Assembly: GCF_039654945.1 (NCBI RefSeq)
Contig: NW_027361693.1
Location: forward strand, 8,122,001 to 8,186,000
Direction: 5' to 3'
Length of the DNA stretch: 64,000 nt
Origin: Dendrobates tinctorius
Lineage: Eukaryota
Under the pieces are notes generated by a model. It did not search any database and was not told the origin of the DNA. It saw nothing but the letters and a program-made list of their open reading frames with translations. The position numbers and the translations under genes were made by a program. The first letter of the stretch is position 1, and each line of letters begins with the position of its first letter. Shown here in pieces: positions 1 through 10,207 of this stretch.

Positions 1-2066
1 ATAATTGACATGTGACGAGTCACGTGTGAAAAAATTCTGGATTTTATATTCCTTACTGGAAAAGGGGTGTATAAATTTGTCCACCTTGAGTATGTTATTA
101 CAATGAACACAGTGTAGACACGGGAACGTTCCCATTTTAGGTCTCTGAAGAAAAAGCTGTATCGGTGTGGGATCTTTTGGGCCGTTGTCTGCTCTGACAT
201 GGGAGTCTTTCAAGTTTGGTGCTCTTTTGAAACACAGGAGAAAGGGTTCTTTGAATTCTGGTACATCCGGATGGGCTGAAGATAACAGATGCCAATTTTT
301 TCGTATCGATTTGTGAATGATGAAAGCGAACGGATGGAAAGTATGTACAAATGGTATGCGGGATAGGGTTTTTTTCCGTGGTTGAACAGGAGAGTCTCTC
401 GACTCCTCTAGCAAAGCAGTAGGGTAGCCTCTCTCTTTGAACTTATTGGTCACTTCATTAAGCCTTTCCTCTCTTCTATTGTCATTTGTGACAATACGAC
501 GTCCTCACTGATACTGAGATTTAGGTATTGCCCGTTTAATGGAGGGGGGTGTAGGCTTTGGAAATGGAGTAGGCTGTTACGATCCGTTTCTTTCATGTAT
601 AAATCAGTAGACAGTGTTCCATCAGTGCCCTTAGTGACCATGGAATCTAGGAAGTGTGTGTGCCCGGGATCATGTCCCATGGTAAATTGGATACCTGGCC
701 AGGATGAATTCAGAAAGTTAAAGAGCATATGCAGGGACTCCAGGGGGCCACCCCATATGCAGAATATATCATCTATGTAGCGTTTCCACATAATGACGTG
801 ATTGTGGAATAGATCGCTCTTATAGATGACACTCTCTTCAAAGTCAGCCATATAGGCATTTGCATAGGGGGGTGCCACATTCGAGCCCATTGCGGTCCCG
901 CATATCTGGAGATAGAAATCATCTTGGAACAAAAAGAAGTTAGAGGTAAGTACCAATTTAAGAAGGTCCACGCACAGTGAAATTTGGTCCCTGTCCATAC
1001 TAGTAGAGGATAGGAGGCGCAATATTGAATTGATACCCTCTGAGTGGGGAATTGAGGTATAAAGATCATTTACATCTAAAGTCACCAGTAATGCATCCTG
1101 TGGGATGGTTGAAAGATGTTGAATTGAGGTAAGAAAGGATCCTGTGTCCAAAATAAATGATTTGGTTTTCTGGATCAAAGGAATGAGTATGTTTTCTAAG
1201 TATAGCAAGGGTGACAGAATAGAGTCTATAGATGCTACAATGGGTCTCCCAGGTGGTTTCTCTAGATTCTTATGGACTTTTGGGAGGGTATAGAAGACTG
1301 GTGTGATTGGATTTCTATCAGTAAGGAAGTTGCAAGTCTTCTGGTCCAATACCTTAAGTTTAGAATATTTTTGTAAAATGGTATCGATTTCACGACCTAT
1401 GTCATAGGTTGGATCTTTGTGTAATGGGCGATAAATTGAGTTGTAACTCAATTGTCGCGAGATTTCTGACAAATATAGTGTTTTATCCATAATAACCAGT
1501 GCTCCGCCTTTATCGGCTGGTTTTATTACAATAGAATTATCCTCCTGTAGGGATTTAAATGCCTGTCTCTCATCCAATGTGAGGTTAGGTGGATAGAAAA
1601 GTGCACTTCTATCTATTTTATTTCTCAATGTTTGAAAAGAGTCCTGTACAAAACTGACAAAGGTCTCCACTGCATGTGAAGCATATTGTGGGTGGAAGTG
1701 GCTTCTAGTACGCAAACCCAGACTGTGTGAAGACAAGAGTTTGGGGTTCGTGACTACTGGGGGGTTGTGTCGCTAGTGGGGGTATTGGATAAATGGTCCT
1801 TCAGCCTTATCAGGCGGAAGAACCGTTGGAGATCCACTTCTAAATTGATGGTGCGACACCTATATGAGGGGCAAAAGGACAAATCCTTTTGAAGAATGGT
1901 GTATTCAGCGGTATTTAATGTCCTGGAAGAAATGTTTATCACCAAATTGTTTGTATCTTCGATCGCGTAATTCGTCCCTGGTCTTGATCCCTTCTTACAT
2001 TTCTGTCCCCGTCTTGTCTTCTTCTGTGGTTGAATCACCTGCGATGACACAAAAAAGGAACTGAGG
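1..2066 (-). mobile_element. Penelope-like element A (Neptune-like), 3' part: degenerate RT frame
   Basis: ORF 450-1736 has PLE RT motifs (IKPADKGG, FYTLPKVHK, PGRPIV, LVTLDV..LYTSI, GTAMG..APPYAN, RYIDD). The upstream frame has the PLE N-terminal motif VINIS..L..LSFCP. Bases 1-450 encode the Cys linker FPCLHCVHC. Stops and frameshifts are present. Confidence 0.93.
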
Positions 2067-2270
2067 TAGATGCAGTTAGTCAGGATACAAATCCAGCTCA
2101 CCAGATACGGCATTCCAACATCGGAGCACGAGACCGCTGTGTCAAAGCGCACAATCCAAGGCAAATGAGAAAAAACTTTGTCCAGCTCCACGATGTAGTG
2201 AAAAATATTCTTTATTCACTCAATAGAAATGAGGTTTAAAAGCCAGTATGAGTTACAAGGCATGCGATCG

Positions 2271-2310
2271 ATCTACGCGTTTCGAGTGGCTAGGCACTCT
2301 TAATCATGAT
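2271..2310 (-). ncRNA. Minimal type I hammerhead ribozyme (A3-U8 variant) in the inverted pLTR
   Basis: Reverse complement of the 3526-3565 motif. Confidence 0.8.
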
Positions 2311-2706
2311 ACGCAGCTTTGTCCATGGGTAGATCTTATATACTCTATCCGGTCTACACACCGGTTGAATAATTAATTAAAACAAATATAAAACAAATAG
2401 AGAGAAAACTAACAATCACAATTACATATAACAATTTGATTCATTAAGATACAATATTATCGCCTTTAGTAGTATTTTATCTTTATTTTATTTCTTAATT
2501 TTTATTCATTATTCTCTTGTTATTATCCATGAAAAATGAAGCAAACTTCTGTTCTGTTGTGCTAAAATTAACATTGCACAAAAAAGAAATAAAAATTTAA
2601 CATGTAATTGAAAACCGCATGCATTTTGAAAAAAATTGTATTTATGTGAATTTTACTGTTGTGAATGGTTGCAACATTGAGATCTGTTATGTTTCTCTTC
2701 TATTTC

Positions 2707-3390
2707 AGAAGTTTGCTTCATTTTTTCATGGATAATAACAAGAGAATAATGAATAAAAATTAAGAAATAAAATAAAGATAAAATACTACTAAAGGCGATA
2801 ATATTGTATCTTGTATATGAAAAAATGAAGCAAACTTCTGAAATAGAAGAGAAACATAACAGATCTCAATGTTGCAACCATTCACAACAGTAAAATTCAC
2901 ATAAATACAATTTTTTTCAAAATGCATGCGGTTTTCAATTACATGTTAAATTTTTATTTCTTTTTTGTGCAATGTTAATTTTAGCACAACAGAACAGAAG
3001 TTTGCTTCATTTTTTCATGGATAATAACAAGAGAATAATGAATAAAAATTAAGAAATAAAATAAAGATAAAATACTACTAAAGGCGATAATATTGTATCT
3101 TGTATATGAAAAAATGAAGCAAACTTCTGAAATAGAAGAGAAACATAACAGATCTCAATGTTGCAACCATTCACAACAGTAAAATTCACATAAATACAAT
3201 TTTTTTCAAAATGCATGCGGTTTTCAATTACATGTTAAATTTTTATTTCTTTTTTGTGCAATGTTAATTTTAGCACAACAGAACAGAAGTTTGCTTCATT
3301 TTTTCATGGATAATAACAAGAGAATAATGAATAAAAATTAAGAAATAAAATAAAGATAAAATACTACTAAAGGCGATAATATTGTATCTT
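2707..3390. repeat. 289-bp tandem repeat built from alternating sense and antisense pLTR segments
   Basis: AGAAGTTTGCTTCATT recurs at 2707, 2996 and 3285. Each unit contains the reverse complement of ~2551-2725. Confidence 0.9.
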
Positions 3391-3493
3391 AATGAATCAA
3401 ATTGTTATATGTAATTGTGATTGTTAGTTTTCTCTCTATTTGTTTTATATTTGTTTTAATTAATTATTCAAACGGTGTGTAGACCGGATAGAG

Positions 3494-3500
3494 TATATAA
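3494..3500 (+). promoter_or_regulatory. Candidate TATA box of the PLE-B pLTR
   Basis: TATATAA about 26 nt upstream of the hammerhead; similar spacing occurs in three other pLTRs in the window. Confidence 0.55.
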
Positions 3501-3525
3501 GATCTACCCATGGACAAAGCTGCGT

Positions 3526-3565
3526 ATCATGATTAAGAGTGCCTAGCCACTCGAAACGCGTAGAT
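3526..3565 (+). ncRNA. Minimal type I hammerhead ribozyme (A3-U8 variant)
   Basis: ATC-ATGATTA-A-GAGTG(cctagc)CACTC-GAAA-CGCG-TA-GAT: helix I, core, helix II, GAAA, palindromic helix III and GUA cleavage triplet. Confidence 0.82.
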
Positions 3566-3868
3566 CGATCGCATGCCTTGTAACTCATACTGGCTTTTAA
3601 ACCTCATTTCTATTGAGTGAATAAATAATATTTTTCACTACATCGTGGAGCTGGACAAAGTTTTTTCTCATTTGCCTTGGATTGTGCACTTTGACACAGC
3701 GGTCTCGTGCTCCGATGTTGGAATGCCGTATCTGGTGAGCTGGATTTGTATCCTGATTTATTGCTTCAAGTGTCTCCGTGCACCCAGAGGCTTCCTTTCT
3801 CTATTTCACAAGAGGTTTTAAAGTAAGTGCTGGCATCATAAAAGACTTTCTTATTTGGCTATTTGACC

Positions 3869-4654
3869 ATGGAAAATGAAGCTAGGCAGAATAAAGCTGC
3901 CAAACTGTTTGCTGGGTTTACCGCTGAATCTGCACATATTTCAACAAGCTCGAATGTGGAGCTAGAGGATTTGTTAGCACTTATGCTAAAGGAAAATCGG
4001 ATATGGTGGAATGTGAGTTCGTTAAGAAATTATAGAGACAAAAACATTATTCCAAGAGGACTTAGAGTTAAAAAAGTCCCTAGTACAGTGTACTCAGATG
4101 GGTTTGTACAGGAATGGAATAATATATTATCAGACTGCTCCTTGAAATTGATCTCCCTAATCATAAGAAATGAAGAAATTCTCTTGCAAGATTTACAAAA
4201 ACAAATTGATATCTTGAAATCAAATGTTCAAGATAAATTATCAAAAGAAGTTTATGAGGAATTTTTGCATAATACTACTATCAAGATTAATAAAACTGAG
4301 GAAAAGATTATGGATACTAAAAAACGAAAACTGGAGCGTGATTTATCTGATTATTCCAAAGAGCAGGTGTACGAATGGGGGAGATGGGAAAATGCTAACA
4401 AGTCTCCCAGGTCTATACTGCAAAGACCTAAACGACACACCAGTGCTAATCAAACTCCCCGACAAGTGACTTTCAGTTCATCTGATGCTGAAACTTCGAA
4501 TGGAGCTACATCAGACTCTGATATGGATGTCATGCGACAGTCAAAAAACTCATATTACAAGAGAAACAGATCAAGAAAAAAAGAAGGAGAAAGGGAAGGA
4601 AGCATAGGAACATCAAGAATAACGCAAAGATATCATCTGAGGAATCCACGTTAG
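3869..4654 (+). CDS. PLE-B ORF1, 261 aa, helical/coiled-coil protein with a Ser-rich basic tail
   Basis: Open from ACCATGG (strong Kozak context). Homologous to degenerate ORF1s at 8601-9224 and 18060-19363 (IPRGLR, W..IL..CS..LI and DY...VY.W motifs). Confidence 0.85.
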   Translation: MENEARQNKAAKLFAGFTAESAHISTSSNVELEDLLALMLKENRIWWNVSSLRNYRDKNIIPRGLRVKKVPSTVYSDGFVQEWNNILSDCSLKLISLIIRNEEILLQDLQKQIDILKSNVQDKLSKEVYEEFLHNTTIKINKTEEKIMDTKKRKLERDLSDYSKEQVYEWGRWENANKSPRSILQRPKRHTSANQTPRQVTFSSSDAETSNGATSDSDMDVMRQSKNSYYKRNRSRKKEGEREGSIGTSRITQRYHLRNPR

Positions 4655-7047
4655 GTGACTTTGATGTTATTAATCTTTCATCACTGAATCTAACTGCTGA
4701 TCAACGTGAGTTACTTTCATTTGGACTTTCTTTTGTTCCTAGTTGTAATTTTAATCTTTTCTCCACAATATGTGATGTTAATAGATTTATTAGGAATATC
4801 ACCTTGAAATTGCATTTTGAAGATAATCCTGATATTATTGTGGAAAATGATGTGAATTTTGAAAATACTTATAGTAATTGTTCCTTTCCAGAACAAATGT
4901 CTATTATCAATTTGCAGGCTTTACAAAATGAAAGCGTGCCAAATGTTGATATTGCTGCTTCTTTAGCAAAAGGCATGAGTATTCCTAATCCAAACTATTA
5001 TCCGGTTAAAGCAAGGAGACCTGTGATGGATAGGTTTCAAAGTGCTGTTGAAAATGACCTTAGATTATTATCTGAAAAAATGCATGGTGTGAATTGTGCC
5101 TGCAGTAACTTGAGGCCGTCCCTGAAAAAAGCATTGTTAGAACTGAAGGCAAATGAAAATATTATAATAAAGAATTCAGATAAGGGTGGATCGATTGTCC
5201 TTATGAATAGGGATGATTATGTGAACTGGGTTGAAAATATGCTTAATGACCCCATGATTTACAAACGTATTTTAGAGAATCCTTCTCATAATATCAAAGA
5301 GCGTATTTTTCAGATTATTGATGAAGGCTTTTGTATGGGTTTTATTACTATGAGAGAGAGGAATTATCTAAAGGTGTTAAATCCAGTTACACCAACGCTT
5401 TATGCGTTACCAAAAACCCATAAAAAAAGCTTTCCTCCACCCATGAGACCGATTTTATCAGGGATAGGATCTGTGAGTGAGAAACTAGGGGAATGGTTAG
5501 ATCTGCTTCTACAACCCTTGGTTCAGAGGGTCCCTGGTTTTATTAGAGACAGTACAGAAGTATTAAACTCAATGGATGGTTTAATCTGGGATTCCAAATT
5601 CTCATGGATAACTACTGATGTTGTTTCTCTTTACACATCGATTCCACACACAGTAGCAATTAGCGCATTAAAATTTCATCTACAAAAATATAGTAATTTC
5701 TCGTGTGACTTCCAAGATTTCATCTTGGATGTCACTTTTTTGTTGATTTCCAACAATTATTTTATACTCAATGAGAATTACTATATACAAGTGAATGGCG
5801 TATCCATGGGAGCCAAATATTCCCCTTCCCTAGCAAATCTCGTTATGAGTTGGTGGGAAGAAATGTATATCTACAATCTTGATAATCCTTACACTTATTG
5901 TATACAGTTTTACGGTAGATACATTGATGATATTGTCATCATTTGGAAATCAGATATAATAACAGTACAGAAATTTGATGCGTATATCAATTGCAACTCT
6001 CTGAACCTAACATTTCTAACACGACATGAAAAGACCACTACTGATTTTTTGGATTTAAATCTGACTGGCATACCTAATAAATCCGTTATTACTCGTACAT
6101 ATCGCAAGGAGACAGCTGGGAACACAATTCTCCATGCAAAAAGTCATCACCCCAGGCACACAATTAAGGGTATTCCTGTGGGTGAAATGACGCGTGCGAA
6201 GAGAAATTGTAGTTGTCCCTCTGATTATAAAAAAGAAGTTTCTGACATTAGACAACGTTTGGGTAGGAGAGGTTATGATCGATGGAGTCTAGACAGGGCT
6301 GAAAAGATTGTTTCAAAAAAATCTCATTTTAAAGACTCGCACAAACTGTCCAAAAATTCTGCTAATCCTATAACAATGGTGTTACAATTTAGTAATCAGT
6401 TTTCCAATATCAAAAAAATAGTTGAGGATAACTTGGCAATTTTAAAAGAAGATCCAGATATTGAAAAAATAATAAAAAAAGGACTAAGGATAGTTTCCAG
6501 AAAAGCACCATCCTTAAAAAACAGTTTATCACCAAGTTTTCTCTGTACACGGAAAGAACATACGGGCAATTGGTTGAAAACGAGAGGTTTTTTTAAATGT
6601 GCTGCCAGTCAGTGCAAGATGTGTACCTATACCAAAAGGTGTGATAAATTTGGAGATTTTGATGACAGTAACCTATTTGACATCAAAGATTTCATAAACT
6701 GCAACACCAAAAATGTAGTTTATATCATGGAATGTGTTTCATGCCGACTAAAATATGTGGGTAGCACAAAACGCACATTAAAAACTAGGATTAGAGAGCA
6801 CATTCTCGATATAGAGAATGCTAATATGAATAGAAACATATCGCAGCTCTCCCGACATTTTATTGAGACTCATAGTAAAAAACTGGACTCATTAAAAGTA
6901 TATGGGATTGAGAAAGTCCACAATCGGATTAGAGGTGGGGACTTAGAACCTGTGCTTAGGAATAGGGAGGCGTGGTGGATGTTCAAATTAAACACTAGTA
7001 TGCCACGAGGCTTGAATAAAAGAAAAGACACCATGCTCTTTTATTAG
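4522..7047 (+). CDS. PLE-B ORF2: reverse transcriptase, Cys linker and GIY-YIG endonuclease (open frame starts without ATG)
   Basis: Frame is open from TGA 4519-4521 to TAG 7047. Motifs: VINLS..GLSFVP, SDKGG, YALPKTHK, RYIDD, CAASQCKMC, VVYIMECVSCRLKYVGSTKR..RIREH. First ATG is at 4897. Confidence 0.95.
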   Translation, partial: YGCHATVKKLILQEKQIKKKRRRKGRKHRNIKNNAKISSEESTLGDFDVINLSSLNLTADQRELLSFGLSFVPSCNFNLFSTICDVNRFIRNITLKLHFEDNPDIIVENDVNFENTYSNCSFPEQMSIINLQALQNESVPNVDIAASLAKGMSIPNPNYYPVKARRPVMDRFQSAVENDLRLLSEKMHGVNCACSNLRPSLKKALLELKANENIIIKNSDKGGSIVLMNRDDYVNWVENMLNDPMIYKRILENPSHNIKERIFQIIDEGFCMGFITMRERNYLKVLNPVTPTLYALPKTHKKSFPPPMRPILSGIGSVSEKLGEWLDLLLQPLVQRVPGFIRDSTEVLNSMDGLIWDSKFSWITTDVVSLYTSIPHTVAISALKFHLQKYSNFSCDFQDFILDVTFLLISNNYFILNENYYIQVNGVSMGAKYSPSLANLVMSWWEEMYIYNLDNPYTYCIQFYGRYIDDIVIIWKSDIITVQKFDAYINCNSLNLTFLTRHEKTTTDFLDLNLTGIPNKSVITRTYRKETAGNTILHAKSHHPRHTIKGIPVGEMTRAKRNCSCPSDYKKEVSDIRQRLGRRGYDRWSLDRAEKIVSKKSHFKDSHKLSKNSANPITMVLQFSNQFSNIKKIVEDNLAILKEDPDIEKIIKKGLRIVSRKAPSLKNSLSPSFLCTRKEHTGNWLKTRGFFKCAASQCKMCTYTKRCDKFGDFDDSNLFDIKDFINCNTKNVVYIMECVSCRLKYVGSTKRTLKTRIREHILDIENANMNRNISQLSRHFIETHSKKLDSLKVYGIEKVHNRIRGGDLEPVLRNREAWWMFKLNTSMPRGLNKRKDTMLFY
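4543..4549 (+). promoter_or_regulatory. Candidate -1 ribosomal frameshift slippery site A_AAA_AAC
   Basis: Canonical X_XXY_YYZ heptamer in ORF1 phase, 21 nt after the -1 frame opens. Confidence 0.7.
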
Positions 7048-8005
7048 ACTAGCACTTATTAACCCTTTCCTCTTTGAAACATCTATATTATCATATTTAT
7101 AATGAATCTTCATGTTCTGATTAAACATATACTAAAATATGTGGAAATATGGCAGTTTTTTTGCTTGGTTTTTCATGGGATATTTTTTGTGCACAGAACT
7201 GTATTTTCATGCCGTTTTTCGAATCTGCATGTTTAAAATATAAAAACCAAAATATTCGACATAGTTTTATGTTGTACAGTTACTTAAGAAATACTTCATT
7301 TATTTGGGAAAGTCTATGACAATAATCTTTCTATATATGCATAGAACGGTTTTTTTCAGTGCATTAAGTTTTTTTTTTTTGTTTTTTTCTTAGATATAAA
7401 CTAAAAATTAAATATAATAAAAAAAAGTTTATGATAACGACTTTTCAATAAATGCATCAGAACGGATTTTTATGATTGGTGTATGATGGGGAATAAAAGA
7501 ATTAAATGTTTTTTGGCTGTGCATATAACCAAAAAAAATCATATACACTGAAAAAAATTCTTTAGAACAGTGTAAATTGGAGTTTTTTATCTCCCCTTTA
7601 AATGAACGTATTATGGCTGTGTGCACATTTGGTGCGCTAATTGAAATAATTCCTGAAAAAATCTTTTCAATTTCAAAAATTTTTTTTTTTTTTTTTTTTC
7701 AGAAAAATTTATTTTCAAAGTTTTTTTTTTTTTTTTTTTTTTTCCCCCCTTCTTTGTTTACATGTGTATACTAAAAAATGTTCTGTTGTGCTAAAATTAA
7801 CATTGCACAAAAAAGAAATACAAATTTAACATGTAATTGAAAACCGCATGCATTTTGAAAAAAATTGTATTTATGTGAATTTTACTGTTGTGAATGGTTG
7901 CAACATTGAGATCTGTTATGTTTCTCTTCTATTTCAGAAGTTTGCTTCATTTTTTCATGGATAATAACAAGAGAATAATGAATAAAAATTAAGAAATAAA
8001 ATAAA

Positions 8006-8272
8006 GCACGGTGGCTCAGTGGTTAGCGCTGCAGCCTTGCAGCGCTGGGGTCCTGGGTTCAAATCCCACCAAGGACAACATCTGCAAGGAGTTTGTATGT
8101 TCTCCCCGTGTTTGCATGGGTTTCCTCTGGGCACTCCGGTTTCCTCCCACACTCCATAGACATACTGATAGGGAATTTAGATTGTGAGCCCCATCTGGGA
8201 CAGTGATGAAATGTGTGCAAACTGTAAAGCGCTGCGGAATATGTTAGCGCTATATAAAAATAAAGATTATTA
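8006..8272 (+). mobile_element. tRNA-derived SINE (V-SINE-like) inserted in the PLE-B 3' pLTR
   Basis: A box TGGCTCAGTGG, B box GGTTCAAATCC, central GTTCTCCCCGTG..GGTTTCCTCCCACA domain and AATAAA/(TTA)n tail. Absent from the other pLTR copies. Confidence 0.9.
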
Positions 8273-8447
8273 TAAAGATAAAATACTACTAAAGGCGATA
8301 ATATTGTATCTTAATGAATCAAATTGTTATATGTAATTGTGATTGTTAGTTTTCTCTCTATTTGTTTTATATTTGTTTTAATTAATTATTCAACCGGTGT
8401 GTAGACCGGATAGAGTATATAAGATCTACCCATGGACAAAGCTGGTA

Positions 8448-8487
8448 ATCATGATTAAGAGTGCCTAGCCACTCGAAACGCGTAGAT
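8448..8487 (+). ncRNA. Minimal type I hammerhead ribozyme (A3-U8 variant) in the 3' pLTR
   Basis: Identical to 3526-3565. Confidence 0.8.
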
Positions 8488-8600
8488 CGATCGCATGCCT
8501 TGTAACTCATGCTGGCTTTTAAACCTCATTTCTATTGAGTGAATAAAGATTATTTTTCACTACATCGTGGAGCTGGACAAAGTTTTTTCTCATTTGCCTT

Positions 8601-9224
8601 AGATGCAGTTAGTCCATGTTCCTGTTCGGAACCTGAAGTGGAATAGTCCGAAGAGACTGTGCGAGCTGGCCTGCTGTTGGATGACTTCGAGTTGTCTTGC
8701 CATCTGTAGACTTGGCTAGATTTATGGTCCTCCATGTCCCTGGCAAACTTGTTCCGTTTTCCACTTTCGATGTCCCGTTTGTGGCAGTTGATGCGCTCCT
8801 GGATCTCGGCATTCAATGAGCTGACTTCCTCCGGTGTACCAGTGGCTGACAGCTGTGTCTCGATGGCTTTGATTCATTCCGCACTGGTGATTATTGCCTT
8901 CTGGAGGAATTCCACTGTCAAGGTTATTAAGTCGAGAGAACACTTATTAAGAATTTTCTCAAATTTGGTACAAAAATCAGGTGACTCCCGGAAAAGTGTA
9001 GGATGCAGAGGAACCTGAAGGTCTCTAGGGATCCTTTGGACCCTTAGGTACTTGGATAGCGTGTCACAATGGAGTTCAGTGTTGGTAAGGGATCTCAACT
9101 CCCGTTCCAGGTCCCACCCACGGATTTCACCTGGAGGAATTTGCAAAAAATCACTAGGGATATTGGATTGTGCGAGGATGCTGGCGGTTTCCTCTGCGTT
9201 GTAGGAAAATGTAGCGGTGGTCAT
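8601..9224 (-). pseudogene. PLE-A ORF1 (one internal stop); continues in frame at 2067 once PLE-B is removed
   Basis: Reads MTTATF...RIPRDLQV...FEKILNKCSLDLI...KFARDMEDHKSSQVYRW...HGLTAS|TSVPFL across the TSD. Confidence 0.85.
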
Positions 9225-9382
9225 GCCCTTATAGTGTGCTAGCAAGTATGGGGAAGTACGTAGAAGGAAAAACACAGTGAGCATAACTTAAGTAATGGTG
9301 CTAAAGGTTAGGTTCTCAAACCAAGTAGTTATAAGTTATAAACCCAGCACTCAACTTTAGGATATTCAGAAGAATATTTATT

Positions 9383-9435
9383 GTAGTACGTAAAAAGAAC
9401 GTTTCGGTCAAATTTTGACCTTCTTTAGTTACTAC
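9383..9435 (-). ncRNA. Hammerhead-like motif with CUAAAGA core (G5A); second copy ~11795-11833 on +
   Basis: GTAGTAA-CTAAAGA-A-GGTCAAA(a)TTTGACC-GAAA-CG-TT...TACTAC, followed by AATAAA. Confidence 0.6.
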
Positions 9436-10207
9436 AAAATCAATGCATAGACATAGAAAATAAATAAATATAAAAAAACTTAAAAAATAATCCAATTAAC
9501 CAAAAATGTACAGAAACAAGGTATGTACATAGGATATGGTCAAACATATAGCAACATCATTAAATGCAGTCAAACCTAACCAGAAACCGTGCTTAATCAA
9601 CCCTAGGACTGATAACAAGATGAGGAAAAAAGAAGGTAAGTATCCCCAAAGGGGTATGTGACGTACCGTACTGTACCAAATACGTGGTAATAGGTAATAA
9701 ACCTATTGTGAAGATTCATGTGCTCTTAATCTATTAAAAAGAGAATGAACAAGAGAGTGAGTCTCAGTAGTGGCAGGTAAAGGGTGCAGTTTTGGCATGT
9801 GAATGCTACTCACTGGGGTGCTCCGTCCCACTGCCTGTTGTAGTATGCTAGAATATATATATGGGGCCATAAATAAGATGAGCAAAAAGATATGCATATA
9901 CCAGTGTGTGTGATCATATAGGGACGCTAGGTTACCTTATAGAAACCAGTAGATGGGGCAAAATATGCGCGTATGCTGTTCACCGGGGAGATCCGTCCCA
10001 CAGCCTGCAAATGTGTTAGAGATTATATACAGAGGGCCATTACTAAAATAGCAGAGAAAGAATCTGCATACTGCAATATATAATATATATATATGTGTAT
10101 TTGGTTACCTTGTGCTAGCCAGTTAATGGGGCAGGACGTACCTCCAGACACAGTATCCACTGTATGTCTGGCTAGGAATAGCATTCACTAGGCTTTGTTA
10201 GACTTCT

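Larger units (their letters stand above)
2082..8599 (+). mobile_element. Penelope-like element B, near full length, inserted into PLE-A
   Basis: Flanked by TSD TAGATGCAGTTAGTC (2067-2081 and 8600-8614). Order: inverted pseudo-LTR (pLTR) 2082-2550, direct pLTRs ~3285-3760 and ~7779-8599, with ORF1 and the RT/EN frame between them. Confidence 0.95.

Noticed and set aside
1754-2191. 145-aa ORF as a real protein
   Set aside because: It is a chimera: its start lies in the inverted PLE-B pLTR, beyond the TSD.
4804-7047. Telomerase RT or group II intron/retron RT
   Set aside because: The C-terminal GIY-YIG domain, pLTRs and HHRs identify a Penelope-like element.
8006-8080. tRNA gene
   Set aside because: The A and B boxes continue into a SINE body and tail, and no complete cloverleaf is evident.
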